A stretch of 64,000 nt of DNA, from contig OZ296656.1 in the NCBI GenBank assembly GCA_965655095.1, positions 86,056,001 through 86,120,000 of the forward strand. The letters run 5' to 3'. Shown here piece after piece: positions 12,160 through 26,215 of this stretch; the first letter of the stretch is position 1, and every line of letters begins with the position of its first letter. This DNA is from Haplodiscus bocki (taxonomy: Eukaryota). Both the position numbers and the translations under genes were made by a program. The notes under the pieces were generated by a model. That model made no database searches, was not told where the DNA came from, and saw only the letters and a list, made by a program, of their open reading frames with translations.

Positions 12160-14770
12160 ACAATCACAGCCTCTGTGGTTCCGTCTTCCTGCAATGCTGT
12201 ATTTTGTGCTGAGAGTTCCGGACACCGGCAAGAAGAAAACGTCCCTCGCGACGTTTACCCAGAAGCAGATTGACTATGAAGAGAACAAGAACAGCGGCCA
12301 TCCCCAAACATCCAAGGAACAGGGAAGAAAGGAACCGAAAAAGATCAACCAACTGGAGCAACTTGCTAATTTAGTATAAGATAAACTTTATGAAGGTGAC
12401 GTAAAAGGTGCTATCCGGATTGTTTCTTCCGAGGAAATATTTGCTGCACATACGGAGCTACAAGTAGAGAACTCAAGAAGAAGCATCCAATCAAACCTCA
12501 AAACAGAAGCATCCCTCAGGTGAATATCGAACCCGTCAGAGTAACGGCGTCAGAGGTTGAGCAAGAAGTACGAAGTTTCCCCGCTGGATCTACCGGAGGC
12601 TTGAGCGGTCTGCGGCCACAACACATGAAGGACAACCTAACCAAAAAAACCTCAGGTGACGAAGCTCAAAAACTTTTATTGACTCGTATTGAAATCGTAA
12701 ATCTTCTTTCAACAGGAAATGTTACGTCTGACATCACTCCAATCTCTGCAGTGGCAAACCTGTCTGCGTTCTGTGAGAAAGACGGCGCAATAAGAACCAA
12801 CTCAGTCGGGTACACTTTGAGAAGCCTGCCAGGCAAATTTGTTGCGAAACGACTCTTTCCTCAGAAAAATCCTTGCACCATTCAACCTGGGTTTCGCCGT
12901 TCCAGCCGGTGTTGAAACCCCACTTCATTCTGCAAGATCCATCCTAGAAAAAACCGTCTAAAGCGATGTATTCCTGAAGCTGGACCTCTGAAATGCCTTC
13001 GATACTCTCAAAAGAGATTACGCAGCGGAAGGTGAATGATGCACGCCCTGAAATTTTTTTTCCGACTCATACAAAAATCAACCATTCTATCTTTCGGAAC
13101 AAGTATGAATGACAGCCAAGTTCCAACAAGGTGATCAGCTGGCAATGTTTTATTTGTCTATGCCTCCATTACAAGCTGCGCCAGATCGGATACCGATTCA
13201 AAGCAGGCTATATAGATGTATCGTTAGGTGATCACTGGAAAACAGTACTCAACGGCCTGATCCTGTTCAAGAAGGAAGGCAGCGACAGCGGTATATTACC
13301 AAAGGAAAAGAAGTGCGAGGTGGCTGTTATACAAAGCGACGACAGTGAACACGACCCCATTGTCGACTCCTTCAGTAGGGTGTTCGGAATATTTCGCTGT
13401 TGCTTCTCAGTGAGCTGTTGTTTTGGAAGACACCAATGGGCCTTGTCGGAGCGGAGAATATAATAGAAAAAAAACTCGAAGAAGTTCGGCGATTCTGCAG
13501 CAAGGTTCAGCACCTCAACAAATATGATGGGTATTACTAGTTAAAAAACGGTTTCTCTCTTCCATAACTTAGTTACCATTTGCCTACCTTTATTATCAAA
13601 AAAACACCTTACTGACAAACAATGAAACGGCACTCAAGGAATGTCTCGAACAAATTTGCGAAGGCAAATTAGACGCTGATATGCGTCAAGAATTTTCTTT
13701 TTCTATTCATGCGCAGACTCGGATCATGAATGCTACTGTCATCCGCTCCGGCGCATATCAATCCTCCGTGAGGAAATGCAAAAAGCAGACCGCAAAAACA
13801 GCTGGAGATGTTTCCCAAGCCTCAGTGAAGAAGAAGCCCTGTGTGACTGGAGATCGCTAACGTACGATGAGATCCCAGTTGACTCTCGACATCATCTCCA
13901 AAAGTCATGCCTACAACCACTTTTCGCAAAACGCAAAGGACGCACTCATGTTAAAATCGGAGAAAACGGCCTTCATTGCCGGCGTATCGTCCAAAGGAGC
14001 AGGCGACTGTCTTAATGTCATACCCAGTTCGACGCTTGTTTTAAGACTGGAGTCCAAGCAATACTAGATTGCGGCAGCTCTCAGATTAGGGGCCGCGGTT
14101 TGCAGTCAACAGAAATGTTCATATTGAAAACAAGTGGTGAGCAATGGTAACCATTCTTTGACATGCAGCAAAATCAAAAAAAAAACATTCGCGTGACCGT
14201 CAGACGAATGACATCATAAAACTTGTACTCTTCTCGGCTGACTACTCTTCGCGACTGGAGCCAAATGGTGTTTAGGTTTCAACAGCTAAGCGTTATGATG
14301 GCATGACCGTGCAGCCTTATAATAGCGGGAAACCTCCAGTCTGGGACTTCACTTGTAGTAACAGACTGGCAGCAACTTATCCATCTGCCGCGACACAGGA
14401 GGTTGCCAAGATGGCCGACTTGGCAAAAGCCCGAAAATACAAGACTTATGAACAACTGTCACCCAACTACATACTGCGACCAGTAGCCATCGATACCCTT
14501 GGAGGCATTGGCCCTGATTCACTATGCTTCGTGTCTGAGCTCGGCAAGGGAATGATGCATAAGTTCGGAAGCCCTCTGGGAACCTCATACTTGCGACAGA
14601 GACTTGGTCTTGCAGTACAACGTAGCAATGCAGCTTGTATTCTTAAAAACTTCTCCACAGATTCTCAAACTTTTTTCAATATTTTATTGTGAGATGTCAC
14701 TCTGGTCCTTTCAAGGCGCTTGTCAATTTGTTTGTGTTATAGGCAGTTTTCTGTATAAATTGAATAAATC
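12160..14770 (+). mobile_element. CRE-like non-LTR retrotransposon (RT + CCHC + restriction-like endonuclease), degraded
   Basis: EGDVKGAIR, SFPAGSTGGLSGLRPQHMKD, KDGAIR...TLR, KLD..NAFD; C-terminal RYDG.T, VWDFTC, PVAIDTLGG.G, LRQRL.LAVQR.NAACI; AATAAA at ~14764. Confidence 0.85.
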
Positions 14771-15439
14771 TCTTTGTTTCCGACATTTTACCTCCAATTT
14801 TATAATTGTTTCAGATGGCTTTGCGTTTTGGCACCTATTTGTTTTTTTTAAAATTATTCATTTGGTCCAAATTTGACTTCAACATCAAAGCTAGATATTT
14901 CAACCAATGTGAAAATACTACTAAAGGAACTCTAGAGAGCTGAAATAAATCGAAATTCAGCAGCTTGTTCTTTATTTTCCGAGCTATAAAAATTCACAGC
15001 TATGATACGTTACCAATACGAAGGTACCCTTTGAAACTTCCGATGGCATCAATTTCTGCAGACCCTGACCCTTTTTGACCTTTTTAACGCTCTTCTGAAA
15101 CACGACACCCAATGACATGACCCATCTGCGACATCCAAACAAGGCCAGTTGCCTTTCAACCTTGAAAACTCCGGGCCAACCAAAGTATGCGCCATCCGCG
15201 ACACCCAAACCAAGGCCAACTGCCTTTTAACATCGAAAACTCTGGGCCAGGCCTAAATTATCCTATCATTCACATCTGGTTTCGCCCGTTTTGGAGCCTC
15301 ATCCACGATTCTTAACCCCAAACGTCCTCTACTTAGTTTACTATAAAACTCAATGCTTTTATAGTTATCATGTAGAATAATTTACATGTTTAAAAACGTT
15401 TTTGACCTTGCCAAAAGCATTCCAGAGATCAATTAACGC

Positions 15440-16050
15440 AAATTACAAAAACCTGAATTCATATCGGAATGTCAAAAAATTGTTTATAACAAAACCAAAC
15501 AGATAAACACCAGATTAACATCGCACATTTAAAAGCCAAAATATTATTAAAAGTCTGAAGACAAGTTTTCATGGATACATGCTGCACTGCCCCGCTAAAC
15601 AGCAATAGCAAGTTTCTGTCGCAAGTATGAGGTTTCCAAAGGGTTTCCACTTACATCGGGTGTTCGTTTGCCGAGCTCAGATGCGAAAGACAATGAATCA
15701 GGGTGAAGTCACGAAGAGTAGCAAGCCGAGACGAGTACACTTTTTATGATGTCATTTGTCTGACCTTCGCGCGAATGTCTCTTTTTGATTTTGCTGCATG
15801 TTAAAGCATGGTTACCGTTGCTCATTACTTGCTCTTCACATTCACATGTTCGTTGACTGCACAGCGGGGCTACTAACGTGAAAGCTGCTGCAATCTGAAA
15901 TTGCCTGGACTTCAGTCTTAAGGCAGGCGTCGAACTTGGAATGGCAATAAGGCGGTCGCCTGCTCTTTTGAACGAGATGCCGGCAATGAACGCCGTTTTC
16001 TCCGGTTTGAACATGCGTGCGTCCTTTGTGTTTTGGAAACAAAATCAACA
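15440..16050 (-). mobile_element. Second, internally deleted CRE-like 3' fragment in opposite orientation
   Basis: Reverse complement of ~13930-14250 (EKTAFIAG...GNHALTCSKIK) joined to ~14510-14700 (ACCTCATACTTGCGACAGA). Confidence 0.85.
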
Positions 16051-17499
16051 TGCCCTCACCAGAGACTCAATTCGAATTTACGATACTGAAATACAAATTC
16101 AGACCTAAGAATAGTAACCGTTGGAAATTTTGCGTGACTACTGTTATGGAAAGGTTCACAGAGTGAATGTTAACGAAGGAAAATTGTAGTGTTCGATTAT
16201 ATCGAAGGATGTTCCACGAGATTCAGTTACGGAGTTCTTACTACTCTTGAACCCTATCAAGATTAGTTTGTCCACTCATCAATTGTTCTGCTCTTTGCAG
16301 ATAATCTCATCGCTCTTAAAGGCAATGAAAACGCCCTCACTTTTCTACAAGACGCGAGCAATGATGATTAGAGCACGCAAAACACCTCTTTTTCAAAAAA
16401 AGGACAACCAAGAAGCTCAAAAATAAGAAGAGAAAGAATTTTTTTGGAGCAGACAATCACGCAGCGGGACAAAATTTTATTTTACAAAAAAAGGTCGAGC
16501 ATGTGCATTACCGAGAAGGTAGAACCATGAAATCAATTTTCTTTCTGTGACGTTATCTTTGTTACTGACGATCAACACGACGTTCGATTTCAAGAAATGA
16601 TTCACATTTCTAACTCTTCAACATGCACAGGAATGCCGGAGACTAAGTGGTGTACAATTTCATAACATCAGTAATTTCAGTAACTAAGCATCGATTGATG
16701 AGATGTTTTGCTCTAGAAAATCACAACTGACATGGTGCCGTTCTGGGCATCTCCTACATAACTTTTGCTACTGTTGATGATACCGGGAAATATTAATTCC
16801 GTTTTGCGGTTTGTGACAACGTTTCTTTGAGCCTCCGATAAACAATCGAGCTGTCAGTGGATATGCATTTAGTTGTTTGGGGGAACCTAAGCGCTGGCAT
16901 GACTGAAAGTTAGTCCGGGAAACTATGTTAATCACCATACCGAATCAATACTTTTTTGTTTGAGTGGATTTCGAAGGAGCTCACTTCAAGGGACTCTCAG
17001 ACTTAGACACCATTCATACTTTCCCCTCTGATGAGGAAGTAGAACCCGGAATTTTTCGGTTATTCTTGGTCTATCTGCCTCTTAAACCGTTGATCATAAT
17101 CAACTCCGGTGGCAGTTAAATTTTATACTCAACTGAAGGGTTTTGTTTAGCAATGGAGTTTCCTGACGTTTTAGGCCGGAAAATTCTCCAGGATTCTTCT
17201 GGGCTAGTTACTTTCGTCACCAGATTTTATCATTTTCATCACTTTTTTTGATAGAAGTGCACAAATGAGATTTTCTTTCATTAATGAACAATCATGGCAA
17301 CTAAACGATAGCTTCAGATAAAACCTCATGGGGGTGGTGGTCTCAATGATTTTTACAGCAAGTCCGCTTCTGGGGTTCAGGCCGTTCCCGTTGCTGCGTG
17401 GCTTGGAAGTGTTACTCCTCTGGCGAAAAGAATATCAAACAGAAGTCATTTTTTTTCAAAACAGAAAATACGTCTCTCAAGTATCAAAGTTCTGACGGA

Positions 17500-19400
17500 A
17501 GCAAGAGAATCAGTGACATTCAAAACCAAATCTTCTCTAAGATTGAAAATTTGTAGTTTAGGACCGCTATGAAAGATATATACTAAGGGCGCCCGAAAAA
17601 CTAAGAGTTTGAATCCCGAGGTGAACCAAAATTCAGAAGCTTCGTCACAATTTCAGAGTGTTAGGATTCCTTTCAAACGAAGCAACCCATACGTCTTTAA
17701 TTAAAAAGTCCTTCGAATTATAGATTTTTCTGAAGGGAACTTGTTAAAAGAGTTAGGCTTGTAGTCACAGAGAAGAGCGTTTGAAACTCAAGATAAATCA
17801 ATACCGAAACAGCGTTGTTTCAGAATCTTCAGGCAATCATATTTCTCAGCCAGCGATTGGAAAAGAAAATTGTCAAATGAAGAGCACTGAACCAGATCAA
17901 TGTTTTGAATGAAGACCTTGATTAAAGGAAGAATGACTAGTTACGCCGAAGGTGGCCTTTGAAAATCGAACTAAGGCAAAAATGGCTTTTTTTGGAACCG
18001 TCGGGCTATCAAAACTCTGGTGCCACTACAGAAGAACACATCCCGGAGGAGTAATCGTCTGGAAATGTGAATTTTCTGATTTGGACATTGATGGAAAAAA
18101 TCAATCCTGCTTTCACGGACAAAGAACAATTTGAATGAAATGATGAATCAACATCGATAGCAGTTTTTTTCGATATTTCAGATTATTAAATTATTGAAAA
18201 CTAGACACAGTTACCTATTTCTCCTTGGTTTGAGCCGCTGTAACTTACAACCATTCGATTGGGTTTTTGATGAAAGAAGACGAGAATGTAGATAGGGAGA
18301 GGTAAAGTTTGAAGGTGGAGATGAAAACATATTAGACCCAGATTTCGGAAAGTTTCAAGTTGCAGGATTCTGAGCCAAGCAACAAAATAAATAAACAACG
18401 ACTCATGTTCAACTTTACAAATCATACTTGAGACTTTGATGGAAGTTATCAACCCCGTATTCATGGAAGAAGCTGAGTACGAATTCCGAGAAAAAACATC
18501 TTCGGTAGCACTTTTCTGAACTCTCGGTTTATCAGGATTCTGATTCAAAAAACATAATCGACACAATTTCAAAATTTTTTGACTTTCTAGATGCTAGATG
18601 CTTCGTGTTAGAACTTGCACGAAATTATGAAACCTGTAGTTACGGAGATTTTTAGACTCAATATCGAGATAAACCGATTTTGAAAGGATTTTTCAAGTTT
18701 CCTCCGATTGTCATTGCTCTCAGGCCGGAATCAAAACAACTGATGTTCAAATTGATTTCTCCTCTGTGGGTGTTTGATTTACGGTTGAGATTTTGGTCAG
18801 AGGAATCAAACTTTTAGTTACAGAAAAAAATGAGTTTGAAAATCGAGTTGAACCAACAATTGAAACAATTTCTTTGTAAACTGGCTCTATCAAGAATCTG
18901 ATGCAACGAACAAAATTCAAAAAAAATTCAGCGGAAAAGGTTGCCACAAGCTAAAACTTTTCGAGTGAGAAACAAGTCGACAAATCTAGCCCATTATCTA
19001 GAGAGGGAAATACAATTTGAAAACGATATTTTTTTCGTGTATTTTTCGCAGTAGTGGTCAAACACAAATCTAAACAATGGAGCAGAATCAATGATTTTCC
19101 AATCAGATGATCTTGTACATCTCAATAGTTTCTAAATCAGACTTCTGAGAAAAGATTGATTTTTGTTTTATGGAGTCAATTGAGTTCCAACATCAAAAGT
19201 TTGCAAAGTTTTGTCTTTGTTTGGCATTCTCTGAATCCGCAAATCACGAATTGATAAGTTCCGGCATACATATCTTCAAATTAAGATTCTTTTCATCACC
19301 CCGGAGAAACTAGGATATTCAAGGAAGTCGCAGATCAAGATTTTGAAAAAATGTTCAAAAAAGTTCAAGTTTTGGATGCAGATTTTTAACAGTTTGTTCG
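17500..19400 (-). repeat. Same ~175-bp satellite in inverted orientation
   Basis: TATCAGGATTCTGA-like motif (reverse complement of TCAGAATCCTGATA) at ~18005, 18360, 18530, 18888. Confidence 0.65.
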
Positions 19401-19779
19401 GCTTGTAACGTGTTCTGGCTTCGAAAGACAACCTGAAACGTTTCCTGCAGTACTCAAAAAAACATCGGATAAATGATTGTTCCTTTTGCGTTGTTTCGTT
19501 TGCAAAAAAGGCCTACTTATCGAAAGAACCAAAAACTATTCTCAACAAAATCTTGCTTTCGCTGTTTAAGAGCAAGAACTTGTCAACGAGTATATAAGAA
19601 AGTGTGGAGAAGAAAACCACGAGCATTTTTCGAAACTACTACTGCTAAGCAACCTAACCGCTGTTCCATCCCAAGAGCATTAGAGGCAAGCCACCAACGA
19701 TTCTGCAAACACAATGTCCTTGCGCGGTTGACAAAATTAGGGAAGAGGAAAAAATTCTGAATAAAAAGGTCTTTCCACA

Positions 19780-21611
19780 AAAATTTTGGTGGTGAAGAAC
19801 CACCATTGTTCACTGTTGGGCCCTTGTTGTTTTTATTTTGTGACTTTTTCTTTCAGCTTATATAGCTCTGGCTCCGGACTAATCTGTTGAAATTGTATTT
19901 TTTGGTGATTGTTCAATGTTGCGTGGTAATATGATTCATTGAGAGAGGTTTTCGTTCCCTTTAGTGTGTCGGCTTGATTCCAACAAAATCTCCACGTCTG
20001 TGTAGTCATGTGTAGTCTGAGTAGTATTGCAGTCCGAAGTCCTTGGTAATTCCAGATTTTTGTCAAAATCTTCACAGTCTCAAAAAAGAAGAAGAAGAAT
20101 ATCGTGCCTTCCGACGTAAAGGTTCATAAGCAGACGTTTTAGTTTGATGGGGTGATTTTCAAACTTACGGTCTTTTCGCACTATCTATTTGTTGTCGTGA
20201 CTTGAATTCTTTCGAATATGTGCACGTTTCTTTTGTTTAGATCCCGTGCTTGTTGGCAGTTTTTCAAGATTGGGACAAAAAACATCGAAAGGAGTTGAAC
20301 TTTGATTTCGAGAGGACTGTCGAATAAAAGCATCGCTTCAGCTCGGAAATTCTATTCGACATTTGATTTTAATCTTCAATGCAGTTGTCATTCCATCTTA
20401 AATCTGGGGTGATCAGTAAGTTCACGTTTTCGCTAAATTTCAAAATCGTATATGTACGTATTAGTTGAACTTTTCGGGTTGAAAATTGGGCATTTAGGTC
20501 AACTTAGTAGCCTTTGGTCTCCGCGAAACCAATTTTCGACGTTTCTGATACTGTTGTCCAGTTGTTATCTATCTAATTTTATAACTTTGAATTTTCTCTG
20601 AAACCAAGTTTTTCAAATTCTGGGTTACGGTCCGGGAGATTTGAGGGCTTCGCTCTCAAAACTACGGCAAGATGAAAGACTTTTATCTGTTTAGGCGAAG
20701 TGTTTTCTATAACCAAGGTACGCGTCCAGTTTTTGGAAAAAAGTTACTCTCTTTCCTATTTTTCAACTTTTCACGGAAGAAGGTGATGACGTACTTTGTT
20801 GGAATCTCTGGCAAGTTTTTGGTATAGTACTATGAGGTTTTGAACTCTAGCTTCCACATGTTTTTGGTAAAGTGTATCAAGAAACAGTGGATGCAGAACA
20901 GTTGCTGAACGTTTTGCACGAAACCCAAACTGATTTTGATTCAGAAAATGGCGATTGTGTTCATAGAGCACTTTGAAGTTAGGTCGGTGAAAACCTTTTG
21001 AGGTAGAGCAAAATAAGCTGATGGCTCTTTAACATGTTGATTCAGATTTGTTTCCATTTTTAGAGAAATGTGTAATCTGACCTTTTTTCCAGTACCTCAA
21101 GTATTTCTTTTGTTGACTATCAATTAAATTAGCGGAAGGAAGGATATGATAAGAGGTTGAGCACAATTTTTCAGATTGTTTTTCATAAACTGTCGAGACC
21201 GGTTGATTTTTACTTTTTTCTAGCTTTTCCGAATTGAAGGAATTTCTTCCCGACTAATTTGGGAAATCTTGTTTGTTCTTTCTCCAAAAACTGTTTCGAT
21301 TTTTGTTTCGCTGTTATAAACAATTCTGAAGAAATGGCTCAGAAGCAGGGCTTTGTCTTTGCAGGTTATCGCTTTTGTCTTGGTGGCTGACACTTGATTG
21401 ATTCTTAGTCACTTTTTCAGTGCCCGTAGATACTTTTGAAAGTTACTGAACTGACAAATTTCGAAATTTTTAGGTTAAAAGACACTGAGATTGCTTGTTT
21501 CCGCCTCTCAAAATAGCCTTGTATTTTGCCGTTTGCTTTGGAGGCTTAAATTTGCTTAAGATCATTCTAGATTGTTCGAATAATCTGGTTTGACTTTTTA
21601 TTTTTAATTTC
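19780..21611 (-). mobile_element. Older degraded CR1/L2-group LINE, 3' part (LINE-A), RT region
   Basis: NQFGFRAKRSATV...HHLL and other eroded RT-domain motifs; many stops and frameshifts; boundaries approximate. Confidence 0.7.
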
Positions 21612-21668
21612 ATTATTATCAAAACTGCCTGGATACGCCACTGGGGAATTTTATCCCTCTGTTACAAT

Positions 21669-24553
21669 CTAGGATCTAGGATTGGCACGACAGTTTACAC
21701 ATAAACAAATGAAAATTCAGGAATTGTTTTCAGTCCAATGTCTATTAAAATACATCCACAATTTTTCAATCAGTTTCTTCTTCAGATTCTCTGGGTTGAA
21801 GAAATCAAGAGATCTTTGGACGACGTTTATTCTGAATCCGGTCCTGTACCAAAAGTTTGGCCTCTGTATTTCATATCTAGTGTCTGGAAGCACAACACGT
21901 CTTCTTCTACCGCTGTTAGTGATTTTGAATTGTTTCGAAAAACCTACATCGTGTCTTCCTTCCAAAATTTTACTGAAGAGTAAAAGGTCTTTAAGCACTT
22001 TAAAGTAGAGTGGTTTTAATAAATTCGATTGGACCAAAGCATCCTTACAATCCAAATTTTCGTCAATACACTTTAGAACCTTTTTATTGAATTTTTCAAT
22101 GATTTTGAAACTCGTATGTCCTAGTTCCCAGCATTCGGATGCAAAAAGTAACGACGTTGTTATTATTGATCGGTAAAAATGGGCTTCGGTCTGGGTGCAA
22201 ATGATCGGCATGGTACTTCTTTTTAACAGAAAGAACAATTTTGCTGCCTTTCCAACTCTTACTTTCACATGCTCGTTCCAGTTTAGTGATTCATCTATGA
22301 ACAGGCCGACGTCACGAACCAGGCTTTTGTGGTTTAAATTTCGACCCTCCGTAATAAAACAAACTCCTTCGAGAGTGTTCTTATTTCTACCGTACTGAAA
22401 TTCGCTGATTGAACACTTTTTCAAACTGAATAGTAGATGATTTTGCATACTCCAATTGTGAAGGGCTTGTAAATCGATTTGAAGTTTTAATAGGGATTCT
22501 TGTTCAGCTCTGCCAATGAAAATCACTTTTAAATCATCGGCAAACAGTAAAACCATCGATGAGAAAACAACAGTGGGGAGATCGTTTAAGTATAATAAGA
22601 AGAGTAAGTGTCCCAATACCGATCCCTGTGGTACTCCAGATGTTACAGTCCGCTCATTCGATAACGGGTCACTTATTGGCACTTTCTGTGTTCTTCCTAC
22701 TAAGAAGTCCTGAATCAGTTCGAAATAAGCCTTGGAGGTGGGAATTTGTAGTAACTTTTTCATCAGGATACTATGCTTTACTTTGTCAAACGCTTTAGTG
22801 AATTCAAATAAAACAATTAAACTAACAGAGTCTCTCGAGTTTAAGTGTGAGTAGATATGAGATAAATTGTATAGTAATTGCAGTACAACTGAACGTCTCG
22901 GCCTAAAATCAAATTGGAAATTGCTTATACAATCAGCAAACGCAGTGTAAATTGGTGCAAAGATGAATTTTTCAAATGATTTCGAGGTTATGTTTAAGAG
23001 AGTAACTGGCCTATAGTTCGAAACTTCTCCTTTGTCACCGTCTTTGTATATCGTACTGACAATTCCAGTCTTCCATGCAGATGCAATTGATATTACTGAG
23101 CAAGTTTCGAAGGGACGTAGCGATTGATCCCCCGCATTTTTTGAACAATATGGGTGGTGACCTCTGCTCTTCGAGATGTTAAGTGAACTTAGCTCTGCTT
23201 TTATTAAATCTTCCGTTATTATGATGTCATTTTCCCCAAAACTATGCTGTTCGCTTGGTTCGAAGTATTCTTAATCGTCATCAGTCACTACCGTAGCAAA
23301 GTAATTATTAAAAAGGTTTGCTTTCTCGAGATCTGTGCTAACTTCCCTTTTCAAGCTTTCAGATTTTATGACTGGCGGTAGACTGTCTTTTTCCAGGCTT
23401 TTCAAATATTTGAAAATTCGTCCTTTATGTCTGCTGGCAAAAAGCGTTTGTTCGTAGTCGACTCTATCATTTGTTTGCAATTGATCACAATCTTCGGTTA
23501 GCTTTTTCAGTTTTTCAGACGTACAGAGTCCCTTTTTCTGTAAGTTTTTTTGCTCAGTTTTTATCTTATTCATGTGATGTGACGTCTCAGCAGATGTCCC
23601 TGGAGGCAGTAGTTGTGTGTTTGTAGTTCGGATACGAACATGTTTTTCGATCAATTTAAGTATCCATTCATATCAAAGTTTCGTGTTGACATCCACATTG
23701 CTACAACAGTACGGTTCGGAGGGATTGGCAATGATATCTTCATTCAATGCATCGAAATCACAGTTCCAGTAACTAAAGTATCTCGTGGATAATTTCTCTG
23801 CAACTTTACTGATTATGGACATATTGATCGTGATGGGAAATTGGTCTGAGAATGGAGACAGATTTTCGCACAGCTTTGTATCGTTAAAGATTGAATTTTC
23901 AAAGTAAAACACAAGATCAAGACAGCTTTTCTTTGTTGTAATGAAATCGATATATTGTTTTATAATCAAATCGAACAGAAGCGAAGCGGTCTGATTTTCA
24001 TATTCGTTTACAGAATCATAGGTACTCCAATTTGTGTGAGGCATGTTGGAGTCACCGGTAAAGAGGAGACGCTTGGGGCACGTTTCCTCAAGGAAGCGGA
24101 ACAAGTTTTGTAAGTCCTCAATAGATATCTGGTTTTTGCTTCCCGCCGGAAGATTGTAGAGAACTGCGATGTACAAAGGTTCTAAGCCAATTAGCTTAGT
24201 AACGCGAAGTAAAGATTGACCTGATAAGGGTAATTCAGCCACACTAATTTCCTCGGTTTTGATTGTTTTCTTCACAGCTATCAATACACCGCCATGGCGA
24301 GACGCATCTGATTCAGTTGGTTTATCGCTTTGTATCTGATTCAGTTCGTCTGATTCAGTTGGTCTTTCGCCTCGTATAAAATCATAATCGGGAAGAAACA
24401 GTTCTGCACATTTTTGTCAGTAGTGAGCCATGTCTCAGTTAAAAGTAAAACGTCAAAGTCAAGTCTGTAGACATAGTCAGCAAATTTAATTCTTTTGTTC
24501 AATTCGATCAAACTTCTTACATTATATAGCAAGATATTGATTGATTTTAGTCC
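21669..24553 (-). pseudogene. LINE-B ORF2 (APE + RT), disrupted
   Basis: ORF track pieces 24341-25132, 23673-24284, 23271-23654 and 21717-22763 carry APE and RT motifs. Confidence 0.9.
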
Positions 24554-25747
24554 GAATTCATTTGCAGCAGCATTTGCAGCGTTTGAATCTGTTTTTCTGC
24601 GGCGCTTTTGAACCTGTAGCTGAGTTGCAGTTCCCCTAATTGTGTCTCTATAGTTTATTGAGTCGTCTCCGTCCTTCTTTTTAGCTTCATCAATCATTGA
24701 AATTGTTTTTTCACGGGTCTGTCTTGAATAGACATGAGAAACACTGATCAGTTGTAAATTAAATTCTGCTTCTTTCAAATTTCTCAATATTCTAAAGATG
24801 TTCACTTTATCTGTTTTCTCTTTAAGGACAATTTTTAGCTGTTTCGGTCTTGGTGTGTCTTCATTGCTAATTTTTCCAATTCGTATAACTTTGTCTATTT
24901 GGTTTTCATCCAGTTCGATCCTTAAGCCTTTTGCGCAAAATTGATTAAAGACTTGTAGGTCCTCACTTTCTCTTCCCTTTGGGGTTTCGAGTGTGCTCTC
25001 TGGAACATTAAAGAGAACCAGATTGTTCTCCCGTTTCTCATTGTCCTCCTTTTCTTGTTCCAGCTGTTGCAGAGTTTCTCTCAATATTTTCTTCATGTTT
25101 GGTATAGGAGGCGGTCGATGGTTTTTTGCCACGATGTCTTGTTTTGCCGCTGTTTTTCAATGACTAAATTGATTTTGTTCTCAAGCTTTTGTTCAATAGG
25201 CAATATTCGTTCTTCAATGAATTTCTGCACTGTGTTTTCAAGATTATTCTCATTCAGTTGTCGTTCAGTTAACTGCCTTCATATGCAGTCTAACTTACTG
25301 CCGATTTCATTATTATCATCTGGTCCACTTCTGAGAAGTTTTTTACCACTCTTCGCAGTCTTTACACAACCAAATGAGTCCTGAAGTTTTTTGCAGACAT
25401 CTAAGGACATTTGGAGCAATGCCGGAACATTCACCGGCGTGGTACCAGCGACCACATTTAAAACAAGAAACTGATCCATCTTTGCCTTCAAGATTGGAGG
25501 TACCGCATGGGTACTTCGTTGATTGAGTTCTAGCTTTATCTCCCGTTTTCAAAGAGTACAAGGAGTACAGGCCCCTTCCTACCAGTTAAGGTTGCGAAAG
25601 CACTTGTACTTATAACAAAAGTTAAAAAGATCGAAGAACTGTATTGTTTAGAAATCCTTTGATTTCGTTTGCCGTTTGAGCCCCTTCCTACCAGTTAAGA
25701 TTGCGAAGGCACTCTAAAAAAAATCAAACAACACAATCAAACTTTAC

Positions 25748-26215
25748 CTATTTAGCTGATTCTTTCTTCCGTTTAGCTTTTTCTCTTTCTTTCTTTGATG
25801 GCTTGTTTTTCTTCTTTGGCTTGCACGGTTTCGACTTCTTCTTGTTACTCTTATAAAGATTTTTTAAGTTCTTTCTGTGCCGCCAAACAGTTGAGAGCAA
25901 TCGGGCTTCGAGTTCAGTGGACGGGTGAGTTTGTTTCAGGTCGTGCAGAACTATGAAATCTTTACTCTTGCGATGAGATAGAAGGTTTGATTTAACGTCT
26001 AGTATGGTAATTCTGCTCTCCAACAATTTGCGAAAAATGTCAGGGGCTCCTTCCCGTCTACAATATACTACGGCTTCGATTCTATGACTGGAGTCACGCA
26101 GTATTTGGAGTAACTTTCGAACTTTTTTGGCCCTGTAGTTGTTTCTTCGATGTTTGCTAATCAAATTGTTCATAATGTCGTGCTAAACTATCACTTCATA
26201 CTTTCTGGCAACTAT
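25748..26215 (-). pseudogene. LINE-B ORF0, C-terminal part (SGNH-like with lysine-rich tail)
   Basis: VIV*HDIMNNLISKH...VVYCRREG...LLSHRK...THP; homologous to LINE-C ORF0. Confidence 0.7.

Larger units (their letters stand above)
11020..16400 (+). mobile_element. Highly degraded APE-RT LINE split by CRE-like insertions (pieces ~11020-12160 and ~16050-16400)
   Basis: LHNVTSL...LTETW...HGVLI (APE) in the left piece; LRDY, VP.DSV and LFADNL (RT) in the right piece. Confidence 0.65.

Noticed and set aside
17028-17056. CTGATGAG hammerhead-like core
   Set aside because: No stem II and no correctly placed GAAA.
19473-19760. Cys-rich basic ORF (KSCFRCLRA) resembling a Gag zinc knuckle
   Set aside because: No complete CCHC spacing and no other LTR-element features nearby.
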